Below are positions 42,482 through 54,422 of a stretch of 64,000 nucleotides of DNA, in pieces. The stretch is taken from NCBI GenBank assembly GCA_031416075.1, contig JANOSY010000088.1:22376-86375 (forward strand), read 5' to 3'. This DNA comes from Candidatus Tenderia sp. GTDB taxonomy: Bacteria > Pseudomonadota > Gammaproteobacteria > Tenderiales > Tenderiaceae. Position 1 is the stretch's first letter; every line of letters begins with the position of its first letter. The translations under genes were made by a program, and so were the position numbers. Below the pieces are notes generated by a model. It did not search any database. It worked only from the letters and a program-made list of their open reading frames with translations, and was not told where the DNA came from.

Positions 42482-43399
42482 CTAGCAATTCACCAGACGT
42501 TTTGGAGCAACCCTGCCATCATCCAGGATGTGGCCGATCCCCAGAAATCCATCTTTATGACCATACAACCTAACCAACCCTGTCATCGGTGCCTTCGGCA
42601 CCAGCACAGCTTGGCCTCGTTTGACATAAAATGCCATGTCATCGGTCAGTGCGATCGATGGCCACTGCGATAAGGCGCTATCCATCGGCAGCAAACGTCT
42701 ATCAACACTATCAAACCCAGCAGCTTCAATCGCATCAGCCAACTGCTCAAGAGTCATGCACTGATCAAGCTGATGGCCACTCACCTGGGTACGGCGTAGC
42801 ACTGTTACGTGTGCACCACACCCCAAAAGCTCACCAATATCTTCGGACAGTGTACGAATGTAGGTCCCTTTCGAACACCTGACATGCAGATCAATTTCAT
42901 CGCTACTTTGGCGCAGTAGATCAATTTGATAAATAGTCACTTGCCGCGGCTGACGCTCCACCTCCAACCCTTGGTGGGCCAGTTTGTAAAGCGGCTGGCC
43001 ATTCACCTTAAGCGCTGAGTGCATGGGCGGTACCTGCTGAATAATACCCGTCAACTGCTCCAGCACTTTACGCAATGTCTGTTCGCTGATATATGGCACG
43101 GGGCGGGTCTCAATGACCTCTCCCTCAATATCCGCAGTATTGGTCTTTTGCCCTAACTTGAGGGTGACAAAATAACTCTTGTCAGACTCCAGCAGATATC
43201 CCGAGACCTTTGTCGCCTCGCCCAAACAGATGGGCAATACACCGGTGGCAATAGGGTCAAGGCTGCCCGTATGGCCCGCTTTATTGGCATTAAACAGTCG
43301 TTTGACCTTCTGCAGCGCCACGTTGGAAGTCATGCCCGCCGGTTTGTCGAGCAAAAAAATGCCATGGATATCTCTACCCGGTATGCGCCGTTTTTGCAC
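42482..43399 (-). CDS. truB: tRNA pseudouridine(55) synthase
   Basis: KAGHTGSLDP, CSKGTYIRTL. Confidence 0.97.
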   Translation of the reverse strand: MQKRRIPGRDIHGIFLLDKPAGMTSNVALQKVKRLFNANKAGHTGSLDPIATGVLPICLGEATKVSGYLLESDKSYFVTLKLGQKTNTADIEGEVIETRPVPYISEQTLRKVLEQLTGIIQQVPPMHSALKVNGQPLYKLAHQGLEVERQPRQVTIYQIDLLRQSSDEIDLHVRCSKGTYIRTLSEDIGELLGCGAHVTVLRRTQVSGHQLDQCMTLEQLADAIEAAGFDSVDRRLLPMDSALSQWPSIALTDDMAFYVKRGQAVLVPKAPMTGLVRLYGHKDGFLGIGHILDDGRVAPKRLVNC

Positions 43400-43420
43400 C
43401 CGTGCTAGACCGCGAACAGA

Positions 43421-43786
43421 CTATTTTTCGCCACGATCAGAAGCCAATGCGGCATTGATCAAGGCGTTGATATTGGCACCATTTTCCACGGAAGCGTCAT
43501 AGACAAATACCAGCTGCGGTGTAATCCGCAATTTCATCCGTTTGCCCAACTCACGACGCAGAAAACCTGCCGCATGATTCAGTGCCGCCAAGACATCCTC
43601 CACGCCATTGTCCGCATTAAACATGGTGATGTAGACCTTGGCATGGGCCATATCACGGGTCACATCCACGCCGGAGACTGTCACCAGTCCCACACGTGGA
43701 TCGTTGAGCTGAAACTGAATCAGATCCGCCAACTCACGCTGTATTTGTGAGCCAACCCGCTGGCTACGACTAAATTCTTTGGCCAT
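43421..43786 (-). CDS. rbfA: Ribosome-binding factor A
   Basis: RSQRV..QIQRELA, DPR, AAGFLR; operon position. Confidence 0.96.
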   Translation of the reverse strand: MAKEFSRSQRVGSQIQRELADLIQFQLNDPRVGLVTVSGVDVTRDMAHAKVYITMFNADNGVEDVLAALNHAAGFLRRELGKRMKLRITPQLVFVYDASVENGANINALINAALASDRGEK

Positions 43787-43806
43787 GACGCTCTACCGTA
43801 GTGAAA

Positions 43807-46362
43807 TCAAGTGATGAACTTGGCAACTTCGGTACGCTCGTAGACCTCAATCTGGTCTCCTGGGCGTACATCGTTGTAGTCCTTAACGCCGATACCACAT
43901 TCGGTACCAGAGCGCACTTCACCCACATCATCCTTAAAGCGACGCAGCGACTCAAGCGCACCTTCATAGATAACCACATTGTCACGCAATACGCGGATCG
44001 GATTATTACGTTTGACCACACCATCAATAACCAGACAGCCAGCAATGGCACCGATCTTGGGTGAGCGGAAGACATCACGAACCTCTGCCAGCCCCACAAT
44101 CACTTCACGAATTTCTGGTGACAACATACCGGACAGCGCATGTTTAACGTCATCGATAATGTCGTAGATTACGCTGTAGTAACGTATATCAATACCCGTC
44201 TCTTGGCAGATGCGTTTGGCAGCGCTGTCAGCACGGACATTAAAGCCCATGACAATCGCCTGCGATGCAGCCGCCAGATTGACATCAGATTCGGTAATAC
44301 CACCCACGCCGCTAGCCAGAATTTTAACCCTGACTTCATCGGTAGAAAGTTTGGTCAGTGCATCACGCAACGCCTCGGCACTACCCTGTACGTCGGTCTT
44401 GATCACCAGGTTAAGGGCGCTGATCTTGCCATCTTCCATTTGTGAGAAGACATCTTCAAGCTTGGAGGCCTGCTGGCGAGCCAGTTTCACATCACGGAAC
44501 TTGCCTTGACGGAACAGGGCAATTTCACGTGCCTTACGCTCATCCGAAATAACAGCTGCGTTGTCACCCGCATCCGGCGTACCGGAAAGACCCAACACCT
44601 GCACTGGAATTGAAGGGCCGGCAGAATCGACCGGCAGACCATTCTCATCAAACAGGGCGCGAACACGACCATACTCCTTACCCACCAGCAATACGTCACC
44701 CTTGTTCAGCGTGCCGCTCTGCACCAATACTGTTGCCACAGCACCGCGCCCTTTATCCAGGCTCGATTCAACAACAATACCTGTGGCATGGCCATCTTTG
44801 ACCGCTTTCAGCTCCATCACTTCCGCTTGCAACAGAATAGCTTCGAGCAGCTGATCAATACCGGCACCGGTCTTGGCGGAGACGTGAACAAACATCGAAT
44901 CACCACCCCACTCTTCAGGAATCACCCCTTGAGCAACCAGCTCCTGCTTAACACGATCAGGATCAGCGTCAGGCTTATCAATCTTATTCACCGCCACCAG
45001 CAACGGCACTTCTGCTGCACGGGCATGCTGAATCGCTTCAATCGTCTGTGGCATCACGCCATCATCCGCCGCCACGACCAAAATAACGATATCGGTAGCC
45101 TGGGCACCACGGGCACGCATCGCCGTAAAGGCGGCATGGCCCGGAGTATCAAGGAAAGTGACCATACCGCGATCAGTCTCTACATGATAGGCACCGATAT
45201 GCTGGGTAATACCACCCGCCTCACCCGCTGCCACTTTGGCACGACGAATGTGGTCGAGCAGTGACGTCTTACCATGGTCAACATGACCCATGATGGTGAC
45301 AACCGGGGCGCGACTGATCAGCTCACCCTTATGACCGGTCTGCACTTCAAGCAGCTCAGCCTCAAGTGCGTCTTCACGCATCAGCTTAGGTGTATGACCC
45401 ATCTCTTCCACTACAATGGCAGCGGTATCCTGGTCGATCACCTGATTGATGGTCACCATGGTGCCCATCTTCATCATCACCTTGATGACTTCAGCAGCCT
45501 TGACCGACATCTTCTGCGCCAGCTCGGCCACAGTAATGGTCTCAGGGATGGCAACTTCATGAGTCACGGGTGCCTGAGGCTTCTGGAAACCATGTGGCCC
45601 CGCAGCAACCACCACGCGACCGCGGCTTGGCGAGTGCGATTTTTTCTTACGGCGGCCAGCCTTGTCGGCGGAGACATGCAACTCTTCACGATCAAAGCCA
45701 CCTTTTTTGCCTTTACCACCAAACGGCTCATCAGCAACGCCTTTGCCACGCTTTTTAGGCTTTTTGTCCTTACCGGCATCACTAACAACCACGGCTTCCG
45801 GTGTCACCGGTGGTGCCACCGGGCGCACAGTTGCCTCGGCTGCCGCCTGCTGAATCATCTGTTCAGCGGCCCGCCTTGCGGCAATCTCCATGTCGGCACG
45901 ACGCTGATCTTCCAAGGCCTGCAATCGCATGGCCTCTTCTGCCGCCTGACGTGCGACCTCCTCGGCACGCGCCTCATTAAGCTCAGGACTCTCTGGCACA
46001 ACCTCTTCTTCCGGAGACTCTTCTTCAGATTCATTGGCAACATCAGTGGGACGCTTAACGTAAGTGCGGCGCTTACGCACCTCAACGCTCACGGTTTTGG
46101 CGCGCCCCTGGGTCCCTGACTGCTTAAGCTCACTGACAGTCTTGCGTTTCAAGGTGATCTTCTTGGGAGATGCCGCCTCCTCAGCGATTTCAACCGCATC
46201 GCCCCCTCTACGCAGATGCTTGAGCAGCTGCATCTTGTCCTCATCACTGATGGTAGCGTCGGCGCTCGGTACCGGCACGCCCGCTTCATCAAGCTGGACA
46301 AGCAAGCGATCGACTGGAATGCCAACCGCATCTGCCAACTGCTTTACTGTTACTTCTGACAT
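43807..46362 (-). CDS. infB: Translation initiation factor IF-2
   Basis: [24 protein letters not shown]. Confidence 0.98.
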   Translation of the reverse strand: MSEVTVKQLADAVGIPVDRLLVQLDEAGVPVPSADATISDEDKMQLLKHLRRGGDAVEIAEEAASPKKITLKRKTVSELKQSGTQGRAKTVSVEVRKRRTYVKRPTDVANESEEESPEEEVVPESPELNEARAEEVARQAAEEAMRLQALEDQRRADMEIAARRAAEQMIQQAAAEATVRPVAPPVTPEAVVVSDAGKDKKPKKRGKGVADEPFGGKGKKGGFDREELHVSADKAGRRKKKSHSPSRGRVVVAAGPHGFQKPQAPVTHEVAIPETITVAELAQKMSVKAAEVIKVMMKMGTMVTINQVIDQDTAAIVVEEMGHTPKLMREDALEAELLEVQTGHKGELISRAPVVTIMGHVDHGKTSLLDHIRRAKVAAGEAGGITQHIGAYHVETDRGMVTFLDTPGHAAFTAMRARGAQATDIVILVVAADDGVMPQTIEAIQHARAAEVPLLVAVNKIDKPDADPDRVKQELVAQGVIPEEWGGDSMFVHVSAKTGAGIDQLLEAILLQAEVMELKAVKDGHATGIVVESSLDKGRGAVATVLVQSGTLNKGDVLLVGKEYGRVRALFDENGLPVDSAGPSIPVQVLGLSGTPDAGDNAAVISDERKAREIALFRQGKFRDVKLARQQASKLEDVFSQMEDGKISALNLVIKTDVQGSAEALRDALTKLSTDEVRVKILASGVGGITESDVNLAAASQAIVMGFNVRADSAAKRICQETGIDIRYYSVIYDIIDDVKHALSGMLSPEIREVIVGLAEVRDVFRSPKIGAIAGCLVIDGVVKRNNPIRVLRDNVVIYEGALESLRRFKDDVGEVRSGTECGIGVKDYNDVRPGDQIEVYERTEVAKFIT

Positions 46363-46407
46363 TGCTGCCTACCCCTCTTACTCAAGTGCTCTTAATCCTT
46401 GGTGCTA

Positions 46408-47892
46408 TTACGCAAACCAAGGGGCACGAGCGGTCATAATCAATTGACTGGCACGCTCTTCATCCAAGCCAACCACATCACCCAGTTCATCCAGCGACTG
46501 TTCCGCCAGATCTTCCATAGTGATTACACCCTTGGCTGCCAACGCATAGGCCAGGGACTCATCCATACCTTCCATATCCAAGAGATCCTTGGCAGGCTGC
46601 TTGTGGGCATGTTTCTCTTCACCAGCGATTGCCTTGGTCAGCAATACATCACGGGCGCGATTACGCAGCTCTTCCACCATCTCTTCGTCAAACTCTTCAA
46701 TCTGCAGCATCTCCTGCACAGGCACATAAGCCACCTCTTCAATCGAGCTGAACCCCTCCTGCACCAGAATAGAAGCAACCTCTTCATCCACATCGAGCTG
46801 CTCTTTAAACAGATTGAGCACAGCCACTGACTCTTGTTCGCTCTTTTTCTCAGCATCGGTTTCAGTCATCACATTCAACTCCCAACCAGTCAACTGACTG
46901 GCAAGGCGCACATTTTGACCGCCACGACCGATGGCTTGCGACAGGTTCTCTTCTGAGACGGCAACATCCATGGTGTGACTCTCTTCATCAACAACAATAG
47001 AGACAACCTCAGCCGGTGACATCGCATTAATCACAAACTGCGCCACATTATCATCATACAAAATAATGTCGACACGCTCACCGCCCAGCTCATTGGAGAC
47101 CGCCTGCACACGCGAACCACGCATGCCCACACAGGCACCCACTGGATCGATACGCTGATCGTTACTCTTGACGGCAATTTTGGCACGCACACCTGGATCA
47201 CGGGCTGCGGCCCTGATCTCAATCAACCCTTCACCCGCCTCCGGCACCTCAAGCTTAAACAGCTCAATTAGCAGCTCAGGGGCCGTACGACTGATAAACA
47301 GCTGTGGACCACGTGGCTCGGAACGGACGTCGCGCAGATAACCACGCACGCGATCACCCGTGCGTAACGATTCACGTGGAATCATATCTTCACGGGCGAT
47401 CAGCGCTTCAACATTACCACCCAGATCCAGGATGACACTGCCACGATCGTTACGTTTGACAATCCCCATCACCAGCTCGCCGATGCGCCCTTTATAGGCG
47501 TCCACCACCTGCATTCTTTCAGCCTCGCGCACCTTCTGCACGATCACCTGCTTGGCAGTCTGGGCAGAAATACGACCAAACTCAACCGACTCAAGTGGCT
47601 CTTCTATATAGTCACCGGCATTGACATTAGGATTCTTGACCCGCGCATCTGCCAGCATGATCTGGTAATCAGTTGACTCAAACGCCTCCTCATCCTCCAG
47701 CACCAACCAGCGACGAAAGGTCTCGTTATTCCCAGTATCACGGTTGATAGTGACCCGCACATCAACCTCGTCTTCATAACGTTTTTTGGTGGCTGTTGCC
47801 AACGCAGCCTCTATCGCCCCAAAAATGATGCCTTTATCGACACCCTTTTCGTTAGATACAGCCTCTACTACCAATAAGATCTCTTTGCTCAT
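46408..47892 (-). CDS. nusA: Transcription termination/antitermination factor NusA
   Basis: [41 protein letters not shown]. Confidence 0.98.
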   Translation of the reverse strand: MSKEILLVVEAVSNEKGVDKGIIFGAIEAALATATKKRYEDEVDVRVTINRDTGNNETFRRWLVLEDEEAFESTDYQIMLADARVKNPNVNAGDYIEEPLESVEFGRISAQTAKQVIVQKVREAERMQVVDAYKGRIGELVMGIVKRNDRGSVILDLGGNVEALIAREDMIPRESLRTGDRVRGYLRDVRSEPRGPQLFISRTAPELLIELFKLEVPEAGEGLIEIRAAARDPGVRAKIAVKSNDQRIDPVGACVGMRGSRVQAVSNELGGERVDIILYDDNVAQFVINAMSPAEVVSIVVDEESHTMDVAVSEENLSQAIGRGGQNVRLASQLTGWELNVMTETDAEKKSEQESVAVLNLFKEQLDVDEEVASILVQEGFSSIEEVAYVPVQEMLQIEEFDEEMVEELRNRARDVLLTKAIAGEEKHAHKQPAKDLLDMEGMDESLAYALAAKGVITMEDLAEQSLDELGDVVGLDEERASQLIMTARAPWFA

Positions 47893-47927
47893 AGCTCAGC
47901 CTCTATTCAGCACTGCCTTGCAAATCC

Positions 47928-48389
47928 TCAGAGTTCAGGCACAAGACGTGCCTTCTCCACATCATCAAACGAAAACTGCTTAGTCTCACCTTCAAACTCA
48001 ACGGTGATCAGACCAGACGCAATTCCCAATAATTTGGCGGTCATCTTACGACGCCCATCAAGCGGTGTCGCCAGCTGCACCTTAATCTCACGGCCGGTAA
48101 ACCGCTCATAATCTTTTTCACTAAACAACAGACGATCCAGACCAGGCGACGAAACTTCCAGCGAATAACGTCCAGCAATGGGGTCTTCCACATCAAACAC
48201 AGCACTGACCTGGCGACTCACCTTCTCACAATCACTGACCGTTACACCGCCATCAGGGTTGTCTATATATATCCGCAACAACGAATGGTGTCCCTGCGGC
48301 AGGTGCTCGACACCTGCAAGCTCATACCCCAGCCCCGCCACAACGGGTCCAATCAGATTCAACAACTTTACTGGGGCCTGTCGGGCCAT
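47928..48389 (-). CDS. rimP: Ribosome maturation factor RimP
   Basis: LRIYID, DCEKVSRQ, YSLEVSSPGLDR. Confidence 0.96.
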   Translation of the reverse strand: MARQAPVKLLNLIGPVVAGLGYELAGVEHLPQGHHSLLRIYIDNPDGGVTVSDCEKVSRQVSAVFDVEDPIAGRYSLEVSSPGLDRLLFSEKDYERFTGREIKVQLATPLDGRRKMTAKLLGIASGLITVEFEGETKQFSFDDVEKARLVPEL

Positions 48390-48406
48390 GAGGTCCACCT
48401 TAAAAC

Positions 48407-48431
48407 AAAAAATGGGCCGTGAGCCCATTTT
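48407..48431 (-). promoter_or_regulatory. rimP leader hairpin
   Basis: Minus strand AAAATGGGC-TCACG-GCCCATTTTTT immediately upstream of rimP, as in the gammaproteobacterial rimP leader. Confidence 0.7.
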
Positions 48432-48457
48432 CAAAATCCAGAAAATTCGCGCCTAAC

Positions 48458-48481
48458 AAAAAGGCCCACCTTCGGGGCCTT
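48458..48481 (-). terminator. Terminator-like hairpin downstream of tRNA-fMet
   Basis: Minus strand AAGGCCC-CGAAGGT-GGGCCTTTTT. Confidence 0.6.
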
Positions 48482-48665
48482 GGCAGCAAGCAGACAACTA
48501 CGCCAGAGCAGATGCCGCCTACCTCGATCACGCACCCTTCTGGTGCCAGACCTTAACAAAAAGAACGGCCAATATCAATACTTCATACCCGGCCAAGCGG
48601 GCATAACAACAGACCTGAAACAGAACAGCCGACATCTAGGTCGGCTGTATAATTTCAACTAAATT

Positions 48666-48742
<77 letters not shown>

Positions 48743-48901
48743 TCGGCGAAGAGCATATTACTGATTTCATTAGGCAATAGCAAGAAGAATAATGATTTAA
48801 AGCACTATTAAACATCATCGCGTAATAGAACGGCCTGCTTGAATTGTGCAACCATCAATCATCACCTCTCCTCAGGCACATCTCATCATAGAAGTACCAC
48901 A

Positions 48902-49846
48902 TCACTGCCGCTCTTTCCAGGAGGCTGGCAATGAACTGATAGTCAGCTCGCGCCCCTCTGAAAGTAGGTACTCCGCAAATACCTTGGCCACCACAGAAGG
49001 TTTTTTACCCAAGGGGTAACAGAGATACCACTCGTCATCGATAGGGAAGCCCTCTACGTCCAGCACCACTAGCTCCCCCGTATTAATTTCATGCACTAAC
49101 GCATAAATGGAGAGCATCGAAATACCCAGCTCACCAATCACTGCCTGCTTGATCGCCTCATTACTTCCCAGCGCCATGCTGACCTTAAAAGCAAAGTCAC
49201 GACTGCGTCCGAGACGGTCCATCGTCAGGAAAGTACCGCAGCCAGGCTCCCGTGCCAGGAAGTTTTCATCCGCCAGGGCCTTAAGCGGTATATTCTTTTT
49301 TCCTGCCAGCGGGTGGTTTGGAGAGGCAAGAATCACCAGCGGGTTGGTCAAAAAGGGGATGGCATGAATACCAGGGTCAGACGGCGTCTGGCCAACAATA
49401 TAGATGTCGTCCAAGTTCTCCGCCAACCGCTCCAGGATGTGCTGACGATTATTCACAACCAGCGACACATTAATGCCAGGGTATTTTTTATGAAAATCTC
49501 CCAGAATGCGCGGTGCAAAATACTCTGTTGTTGTCACCCCGGAGATGCGCAGATCACCCTGCTTGACACCTTTGATATCTGAAACCGTCATCTGGAACTC
49601 ATCCAACGCAGTAAACAGCGACTTGCAGGTTTTAAGCAGCTCCCCCCCTACCGCCGTTAGCGCAATTCGCTTCCCCACCTGCTCGAACAGTGACATACCA
49701 ACAATACCGGTTAGTTTTTTCATCTGCATGGAGAGTGTTGGCTGAGTAAGGTGCAGCTCTTCAGCCGCCACCGTAAAAGAACCGTTTCGCGCTATCGATT
49801 CAAATACTTGCAACTGACGAAACGTGGCATTACGAATTTTGATCAT
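48902..49846 (-). CDS. LysR-type transcriptional regulator, CbbR-like
   Basis: TFRQLQVF...SFT.AAEELHLTQP..SMQ.KKL...LFEQVGK; REPGCGT, GSNEAIKQAV typical of the CbbR subfamily. Confidence 0.85.
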   Translation of the reverse strand: MIKIRNATFRQLQVFESIARNGSFTVAAEELHLTQPTLSMQMKKLTGIVGMSLFEQVGKRIALTAVGGELLKTCKSLFTALDEFQMTVSDIKGVKQGDLRISGVTTTEYFAPRILGDFHKKYPGINVSLVVNNRQHILERLAENLDDIYIVGQTPSDPGIHAIPFLTNPLVILASPNHPLAGKKNIPLKALADENFLAREPGCGTFLTMDRLGRSRDFAFKVSMALGSNEAIKQAVIGELGISMLSIYALVHEINTGELVVLDVEGFPIDDEWYLCYPLGKKPSVVAKVFAEYLLSEGRELTISSLPASWKERQ

Positions 49847-49865
49847 GTTATAAAAACCCTACTAA

Positions 49866-49932
49866 ATAGACTATAATCTATGCTGATTATAAGATATTTT
49901 TATTATCATTGATACAAGAAGCCGTTCATAAT
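49866..49932 (+). promoter_or_regulatory. LysR box (ATAG-N8-CTAT) plus -10 CATAAT for sRNA candidate 1
   Basis: Box 49866-49881, -10 49927-49932; same layout repeated at 50137. Confidence 0.65.
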
Positions 49933-49939
49933 CCACTCC

Positions 49940-50039
49940 AGGTTGATGACATAGTCAACTCTCCTTAGTGCGTACGGGGCCTGCCTTCCTCCCCCCCTCC
50001 CCCCCCAATAGGGCAGCCCACCCCGTACGCGCCTTTTTT
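49940..50039 (+). ncRNA. Candidate sRNA 1 with C-rich loop
   Basis: GGTTGA/TCAACT hairpin, 12-bp GTGCGTACGGGG/CCCCGTACGCGC stem enclosing CCTCCCCCCCTCCCC, then T6. Confidence 0.65.
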
Positions 50040-50136
50040 ATTCAATGATACCCGCTTTGAAATCAAAAACATAAAACAGTCAAGCACCCTGCTTCAGACT
50101 ATCTGAAATAGTGCTCTGCCACGCACCTATTGTCTT

Positions 50137-50203
50137 ATAGGTAAACATCTATCATGTTAATAAGAAATCAGTGCTAGTCATTATAGTGACTATAGGAGAT
50201 ACT
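50137..50203 (+). promoter_or_regulatory. LysR box (ATAG-N8-CTAT) plus -10 GATACT for sRNA candidate 2
   Basis: Box 50137-50152, -10 50198-50203; 61-nt offset identical to copy 1. Confidence 0.65.
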
Positions 50204-50208
50204 GCTAC

Positions 50209-50302
50209 AAAGTTGAGCTGATCACTCAACTTTGTGTGTATGGGGACTTGCCTTTCCCCTCCCCTCCCCCTAAAAGGTGAAGGCTCCATACACACTGTTT
50301 TT
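50209..50302 (+). ncRNA. Candidate sRNA 2 with C-rich loop (paralog of sRNA 1)
   Basis: AAAGTTGAG/CTCAACTTT hairpin, GTGTGTATGGGG/CTCCATACACAC stem enclosing CCCCTCCCCTCCCCC, then T-run. Confidence 0.65.
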
Positions 50303-50450
50303 AATCTCTATTTTCCCTCACATCTACCAGCTCATCCCCAGTCATTAAAGATGCTTCTGCTACAACACCAACTGCAGATTTATAATCCAACCTGATAATA
50401 GCGCCATGTAGCGGTCTTTCACATTGGTCGGCTGACAATTTTTAGTCAAT

Positions 50451-50478
50451 AAAAAGGCAGGGATCACCTGCCTTTTTT
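50451..50478 (-). terminator. Intrinsic (bidirectional-looking) terminator after sspB
   Basis: AAAAAGGCAGG-GATCA-CCTGCCTTTTTT. Confidence 0.8.
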
Positions 50479-50482
50479 GTCT

Positions 50483-50899
50483 CTATTTTACTACCCGCAG
50501 ACTGGGGCGCCCTTTGGGTGGCTGAGGCGGCTCATCACCACCGCCTGATGGCGGCGCGCTGTCTGGGGCGTCACTCTCATCCACCTCCTCCTCAGAAAAG
50601 ACCATGCCACGCCCGTTTTCTTTGGCATAGATGGCCAGCACTGCCAGGGGTGGCAGACTCACATCCATGGATACACCGCTAAAACGGGCGCTGAACATCA
50701 CCCACTCATTGGTCAACTCCAGGCCACGCACCGCCTGAGGATTAATATTCAGGATTATTTTGCCATCTTCAATGTATTGGGTGGGCACGGTCACGTTTGC
50801 CATCCCGGCATTCACTAACATGTAGGGGGTTAAACCACTGTCAACTATCCAGTCGTAAATGGCACGGATTAGATAAGGGCGTGAAGAGTTCAAGGTCAA
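50483..50899 (-). CDS. sspB: ClpXP adaptor SspB
   Basis: RPYLIRAIYDWIVD, FSARFSG, AIYAKENGRGM, C-terminal RPSLRVVK. Confidence 0.95.
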   Translation of the reverse strand: MTLNSSRPYLIRAIYDWIVDSGLTPYMLVNAGMANVTVPTQYIEDGKIILNINPQAVRGLELTNEWVMFSARFSGVSMDVSLPPLAVLAIYAKENGRGMVFSEEEVDESDAPDSAPPSGGGDEPPQPPKGRPSLRVVK

Positions 50900-50914
50900 A
50901 ATCCTTTATAACAG

Positions 50915-51541
50915 TCAGGAACGAATGGCACGTTCAGCGGCACTCAGGCTGGCTCCAAAACCGGGGCGTCTGAAAATACGGCTAGCATAGGCAGTCAGTG
51001 CCTTGGCGGGCGCTGGCAATTCAATGCCGTAGAGTGGCAAACGCCAGAGTAATGGGGCCAGACTACAGTCAACCATACTGAATTCATTGCTCATAAAAAA
51101 TGGCTTTTCATCAAAAATCGGGGCAATGGAGATCAAGCCATCTCGCAATATAGTGCGAGCCTCCTCTGCTTTGATCTTGTTTGTCCCGGTCAGCGCATCC
51201 AGCTGGGTGTACCAATCACGTTCAATCCGGTAGAGAAACAGGCGGCTCTGGGCCCGGCCAATGGGGTCGATGGGCATTAGCGGCGGGTGTGGGTAGCGCT
51301 CATCCAGGTACTCCATGATGATCCGCGACTCGTAGATCACCAGATCACGATCCACCAGGGTGGGCAGGGAGTTATAGGGGTTCAGCCCCAACAGATCCTC
51401 TGGCAGGTTGCCATCATTAACAGCAACCACTTCTGCGGTAATGTTTTTTTCCGTCATCACCAGGCGCGCCCGATGACTATAAGGGCAAAGATCACACGAG
51501 TAGATGATCATGACCGGTCGACGGCTGGAAGAGACTGCCAT
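50915..51541 (-). CDS. sspA: Stringent starvation protein A (GST-like)
   Basis: NPYNSLPTLVDRDL.IYESRIIMEYLDERYPHPPLMP. Confidence 0.95.
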   Translation of the reverse strand: MAVSSSRRPVMIIYSCDLCPYSHRARLVMTEKNITAEVVAVNDGNLPEDLLGLNPYNSLPTLVDRDLVIYESRIIMEYLDERYPHPPLMPIDPIGRAQSRLFLYRIERDWYTQLDALTGTNKIKAEEARTILRDGLISIAPIFDEKPFFMSNEFSMVDCSLAPLLWRLPLYGIELPAPAKALTAYASRIFRRPGFGASLSAAERAIRS

Positions 51542-51759
51542 GCTTAAACTCCCTGAACTCAACTGATATCAACGTGTATATCTACACCACTACCACAACC
51601 AATCAGTGGCTGGAGTCTTTAGCCGACCATTATACCCAGCTGACAGACGCTTTGTCAGAACGGCACGTTGTTATCGTTGATATCAGCGTTTTCGGGACAA
51701 CCAAAACCACCAAATAATAAAAAACAGGGTCAGTAATGCAATCAGGTTGACCAATACAC

Positions 51760-53994
51760 TCACGATCGCACCCCTTTGGGTCTGAACCAGCGCAGCCGGT
51801 TGGCATTGCTCACCACGGTGAGTGATGACATCGCCATTGCCGCCCCGGCGAGCATCGGGTTAAGCAGCAATCCGGTAATGGGGAAGAGCAGACCCGCAGC
51901 AATGGGAATCCCCAGCGTATTATAGATAAAGGCCCCCCAAAGATTTTGTTTGATATTGCTCACTGTCGCCCGTGAAATTTCAATGGCATCAACCACCCCA
52001 TGTAACGAACTACGCATGAGGGTGATATCGGCGCTCTCGATGGCAATATCGGTGCCACTCCCGATAGCAAACCCGACATCGGCCTGGGCCAGTGCCGGGG
52101 CGTCATTAATGCCATCCCCTACCATTGCCACCACTTCGCCACGCTGCTGAAGTTCAACCACCTTGGCGGCTTTATCACCGGGCAATACCTCGGCAAAGAA
52201 CTCATCAACACCGACTTGCTGTGCAACCGTTGCCGCCGTGAGGCGGTTATCGCCCGTTAACATCACCACCTTAAGCCCGGCGCGATGGAAGCGGGCGATG
52301 GCGGCTGCGGAGTCCTCTTTAACAGGATCAGCCACGGCCACAATCCCGAGCAATACCCCATCCACCGCCAGATACATGGGTGTCTGCCCTGTCTGAGCCA
52401 GTGCATTGGCACGCTCTAACTGCCCCTCTACGGCAACATGCTGGCCTGCCAGCAGACGGCGATTGCCAAACAGTACATTCTTGCCCTCTATCTCGCCCTG
52501 TACACCGTGGCCTGCGATAGCGGAAAAATGGCTGACGTCCTTCAGGGACAGGTGACGGTCGTGGGCGGCGGCAACAATCGCCTCTGCCAGCGGGTGTTCT
52601 GACCCCGACTCCAAGGAAGCGGCGAGTTGTAATAGCCCATCCTCATCGCCGGTGACGGGGGTCAAAGCGGTGACAGCGGGCCGCCCGGCGGTGATCGTCC
52701 CGGTTTTGTCGAGGATAATAACAGTCAGCTGGCCGGCCCGTTGCAGTGCCTCACCATTGCGGATCAACACCCCATACTCCGCCGCCTTGCCCACACCCAC
52801 CATGATTGAGATGGGGGTTGCCAGCCCCAAGGCACAGGGACAGGCAATAATCAGCACGGTCATGGTGGTTAGCAGTACGTAGGCCGATTTGGGTTCCGGC
52901 CCAAAATTAAACCACACCATAAACGTGAGTACCGCAATGATCAGCACCGTTGGCACAAAGACCGCAGCCACCTTGTCGACCAGACGACCGATCGCCGGTT
53001 TGCTGTTTTGCGCCTGCCGGACCATGTCGATAATCCGGGCCAGCGCCGTGGTGCTGCCAATACGTGTCGCCTGAAACAGAAAAGAACCCGTGCGGTTCAT
53101 GGTACCGCCGGTGACGCCGTCCCCTACCCTTTTTTCGACTGGCAGTGGCTCACCGGTGAGCATAGCCTCATCAACCGCGGAATGGCCCTCAATGATCACC
53201 CCATCAACGGCGACCTTCTCACCGGGGCGCACTCGCAAGGTTTCACCCAGCCCGACCTGTGCAATCGGCACATCAAGCTCCACACCATTACGTACCACCC
53301 GTGCGGTTTTGGGTTGCAGGCCGATCAACCGTTTAATGGCCTCGGAGGTCTTGCCACGGGCACGCAGCTCCAACGCAGAGCCCAGGTTTATCAAGGCGAT
53401 GATGATGATCGCCGCCTCAAAATAGACATGCTGCGCCTGTTCCGGCACCAGCGACGGCACGAGTGTAATCAACATGGAGAATAACCAGGCGCTGCCCGTG
53501 CCTAGGGCGATGAGGGTATCCATGTTGGCATGATGGTTTTTAAACGACTTCCAGGCACCGGTAAAAAAACGCCCACCGGCATACACCAATACCATCAGGC
53601 TCACCACGCCCACTACCAGCCAGAAGAACCGACCACCGCCGTGCAACATCGGCATCGCGCCAAACCAGTCCAGCAGCATCAGCGGTGCGCCGATGGAACC
53701 GGCAACCACAGCCTTTTTCAGCAGTGAATGGTACTCAGCATGTTCTGCTGCCGCCCGCTCCTCAGCCTCATCACCAGTCCCTTTCAGTTCGGCGGCCTCG
53801 TACCCGGCAGCCACCACTGCATCTATCAGTGTTGCCGCCGCCACATCACCACCCACCTCCGCCGTATGTTCAGCAAAGTTGACCGCTGCAACAGTCACTC
53901 CCGGCACCTGTTGCAACACCGTCTCTACGGCTGAAACACAACCGGCACAACTCATTCCACCGATAGAAAGGTTAATGCTTTTTGGTGCCGCCAT
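51760..53994 (-). CDS. copA: Cu(I)-translocating P1B-type ATPase
   Basis: GMSCAGC metal-binding domain, CPCALGL, DKTGT, SEHP, GDGIND, YN and MAMSS. Confidence 0.92.
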   Translation of the reverse strand: MAAPKSINLSIGGMSCAGCVSAVETVLQQVPGVTVAAVNFAEHTAEVGGDVAAATLIDAVVAAGYEAAELKGTGDEAEERAAAEHAEYHSLLKKAVVAGSIGAPLMLLDWFGAMPMLHGGGRFFWLVVGVVSLMVLVYAGGRFFTGAWKSFKNHHANMDTLIALGTGSAWLFSMLITLVPSLVPEQAQHVYFEAAIIIIALINLGSALELRARGKTSEAIKRLIGLQPKTARVVRNGVELDVPIAQVGLGETLRVRPGEKVAVDGVIIEGHSAVDEAMLTGEPLPVEKRVGDGVTGGTMNRTGSFLFQATRIGSTTALARIIDMVRQAQNSKPAIGRLVDKVAAVFVPTVLIIAVLTFMVWFNFGPEPKSAYVLLTTMTVLIIACPCALGLATPISIMVGVGKAAEYGVLIRNGEALQRAGQLTVIILDKTGTITAGRPAVTALTPVTGDEDGLLQLAASLESGSEHPLAEAIVAAAHDRHLSLKDVSHFSAIAGHGVQGEIEGKNVLFGNRRLLAGQHVAVEGQLERANALAQTGQTPMYLAVDGVLLGIVAVADPVKEDSAAAIARFHRAGLKVVMLTGDNRLTAATVAQQVGVDEFFAEVLPGDKAAKVVELQQRGEVVAMVGDGINDAPALAQADVGFAIGSGTDIAIESADITLMRSSLHGVVDAIEISRATVSNIKQNLWGAFIYNTLGIPIAAGLLFPITGLLLNPMLAGAAMAMSSLTVVSNANRLRWFRPKGVRS

Positions 53995-54000
53995 TGGCCA

Positions 54001-54393
54001 CTACACCAGTGTGTCACGCACAGAGAGCAGTTTGTCACGCACGGAGCTGGCCAACGCCTCAATAGCGGGGTTTTTCACCAGGTTAAGTACCGCTACTGGG
54101 TCCATAAAGGCAACAGTAATGGCACCACTCTCCTCTTCGCGCACCACCACATTACACGGCAACAACAGGCCAATGTCAGGGTCAACTGTAATTGCCTGAT
54201 GGGCTAGCTGTGGGTTACAAGCACCCAAAATGCGGTAGGGGCGCTGGTCGATATTGAGCTTTTTTTTCATGGTGGCCTGTACATCGATGTCGGTAAGCAC
54301 ACCAAACCCCTCATTCTGCAGCTCGGCGGTGACTTTCTCGATTACCGTATTAAAATCACCTTTCACCTGTACACTAAAACTGTACTTAGCCAT
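54001..54393 (-). CDS. DUF302-family protein
   Basis: GFGVLTDID, YRILGACNP, IGLLLPCNV. Confidence 0.85.
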   Translation of the reverse strand: MAKYSFSVQVKGDFNTVIEKVTAELQNEGFGVLTDIDVQATMKKKLNIDQRPYRILGACNPQLAHQAITVDPDIGLLLPCNVVVREEESGAITVAFMDPVAVLNLVKNPAIEALASSVRDKLLSVRDTLV

Positions 54394-54422
54394 TCGTCAT
54401 CTCCTTGTTTAAATTAGGTTAT

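Noticed and set aside
48902-49846. Naming the gene cbbR outright
   Set aside because: Subfamily similarity only; no cbb genes adjacent
49940-50302. CRISPR array or REP elements
   Set aside because: Only two diverged copies, each with its own promoter-like region and terminator; no repeat-spacer periodicity and no cas genes
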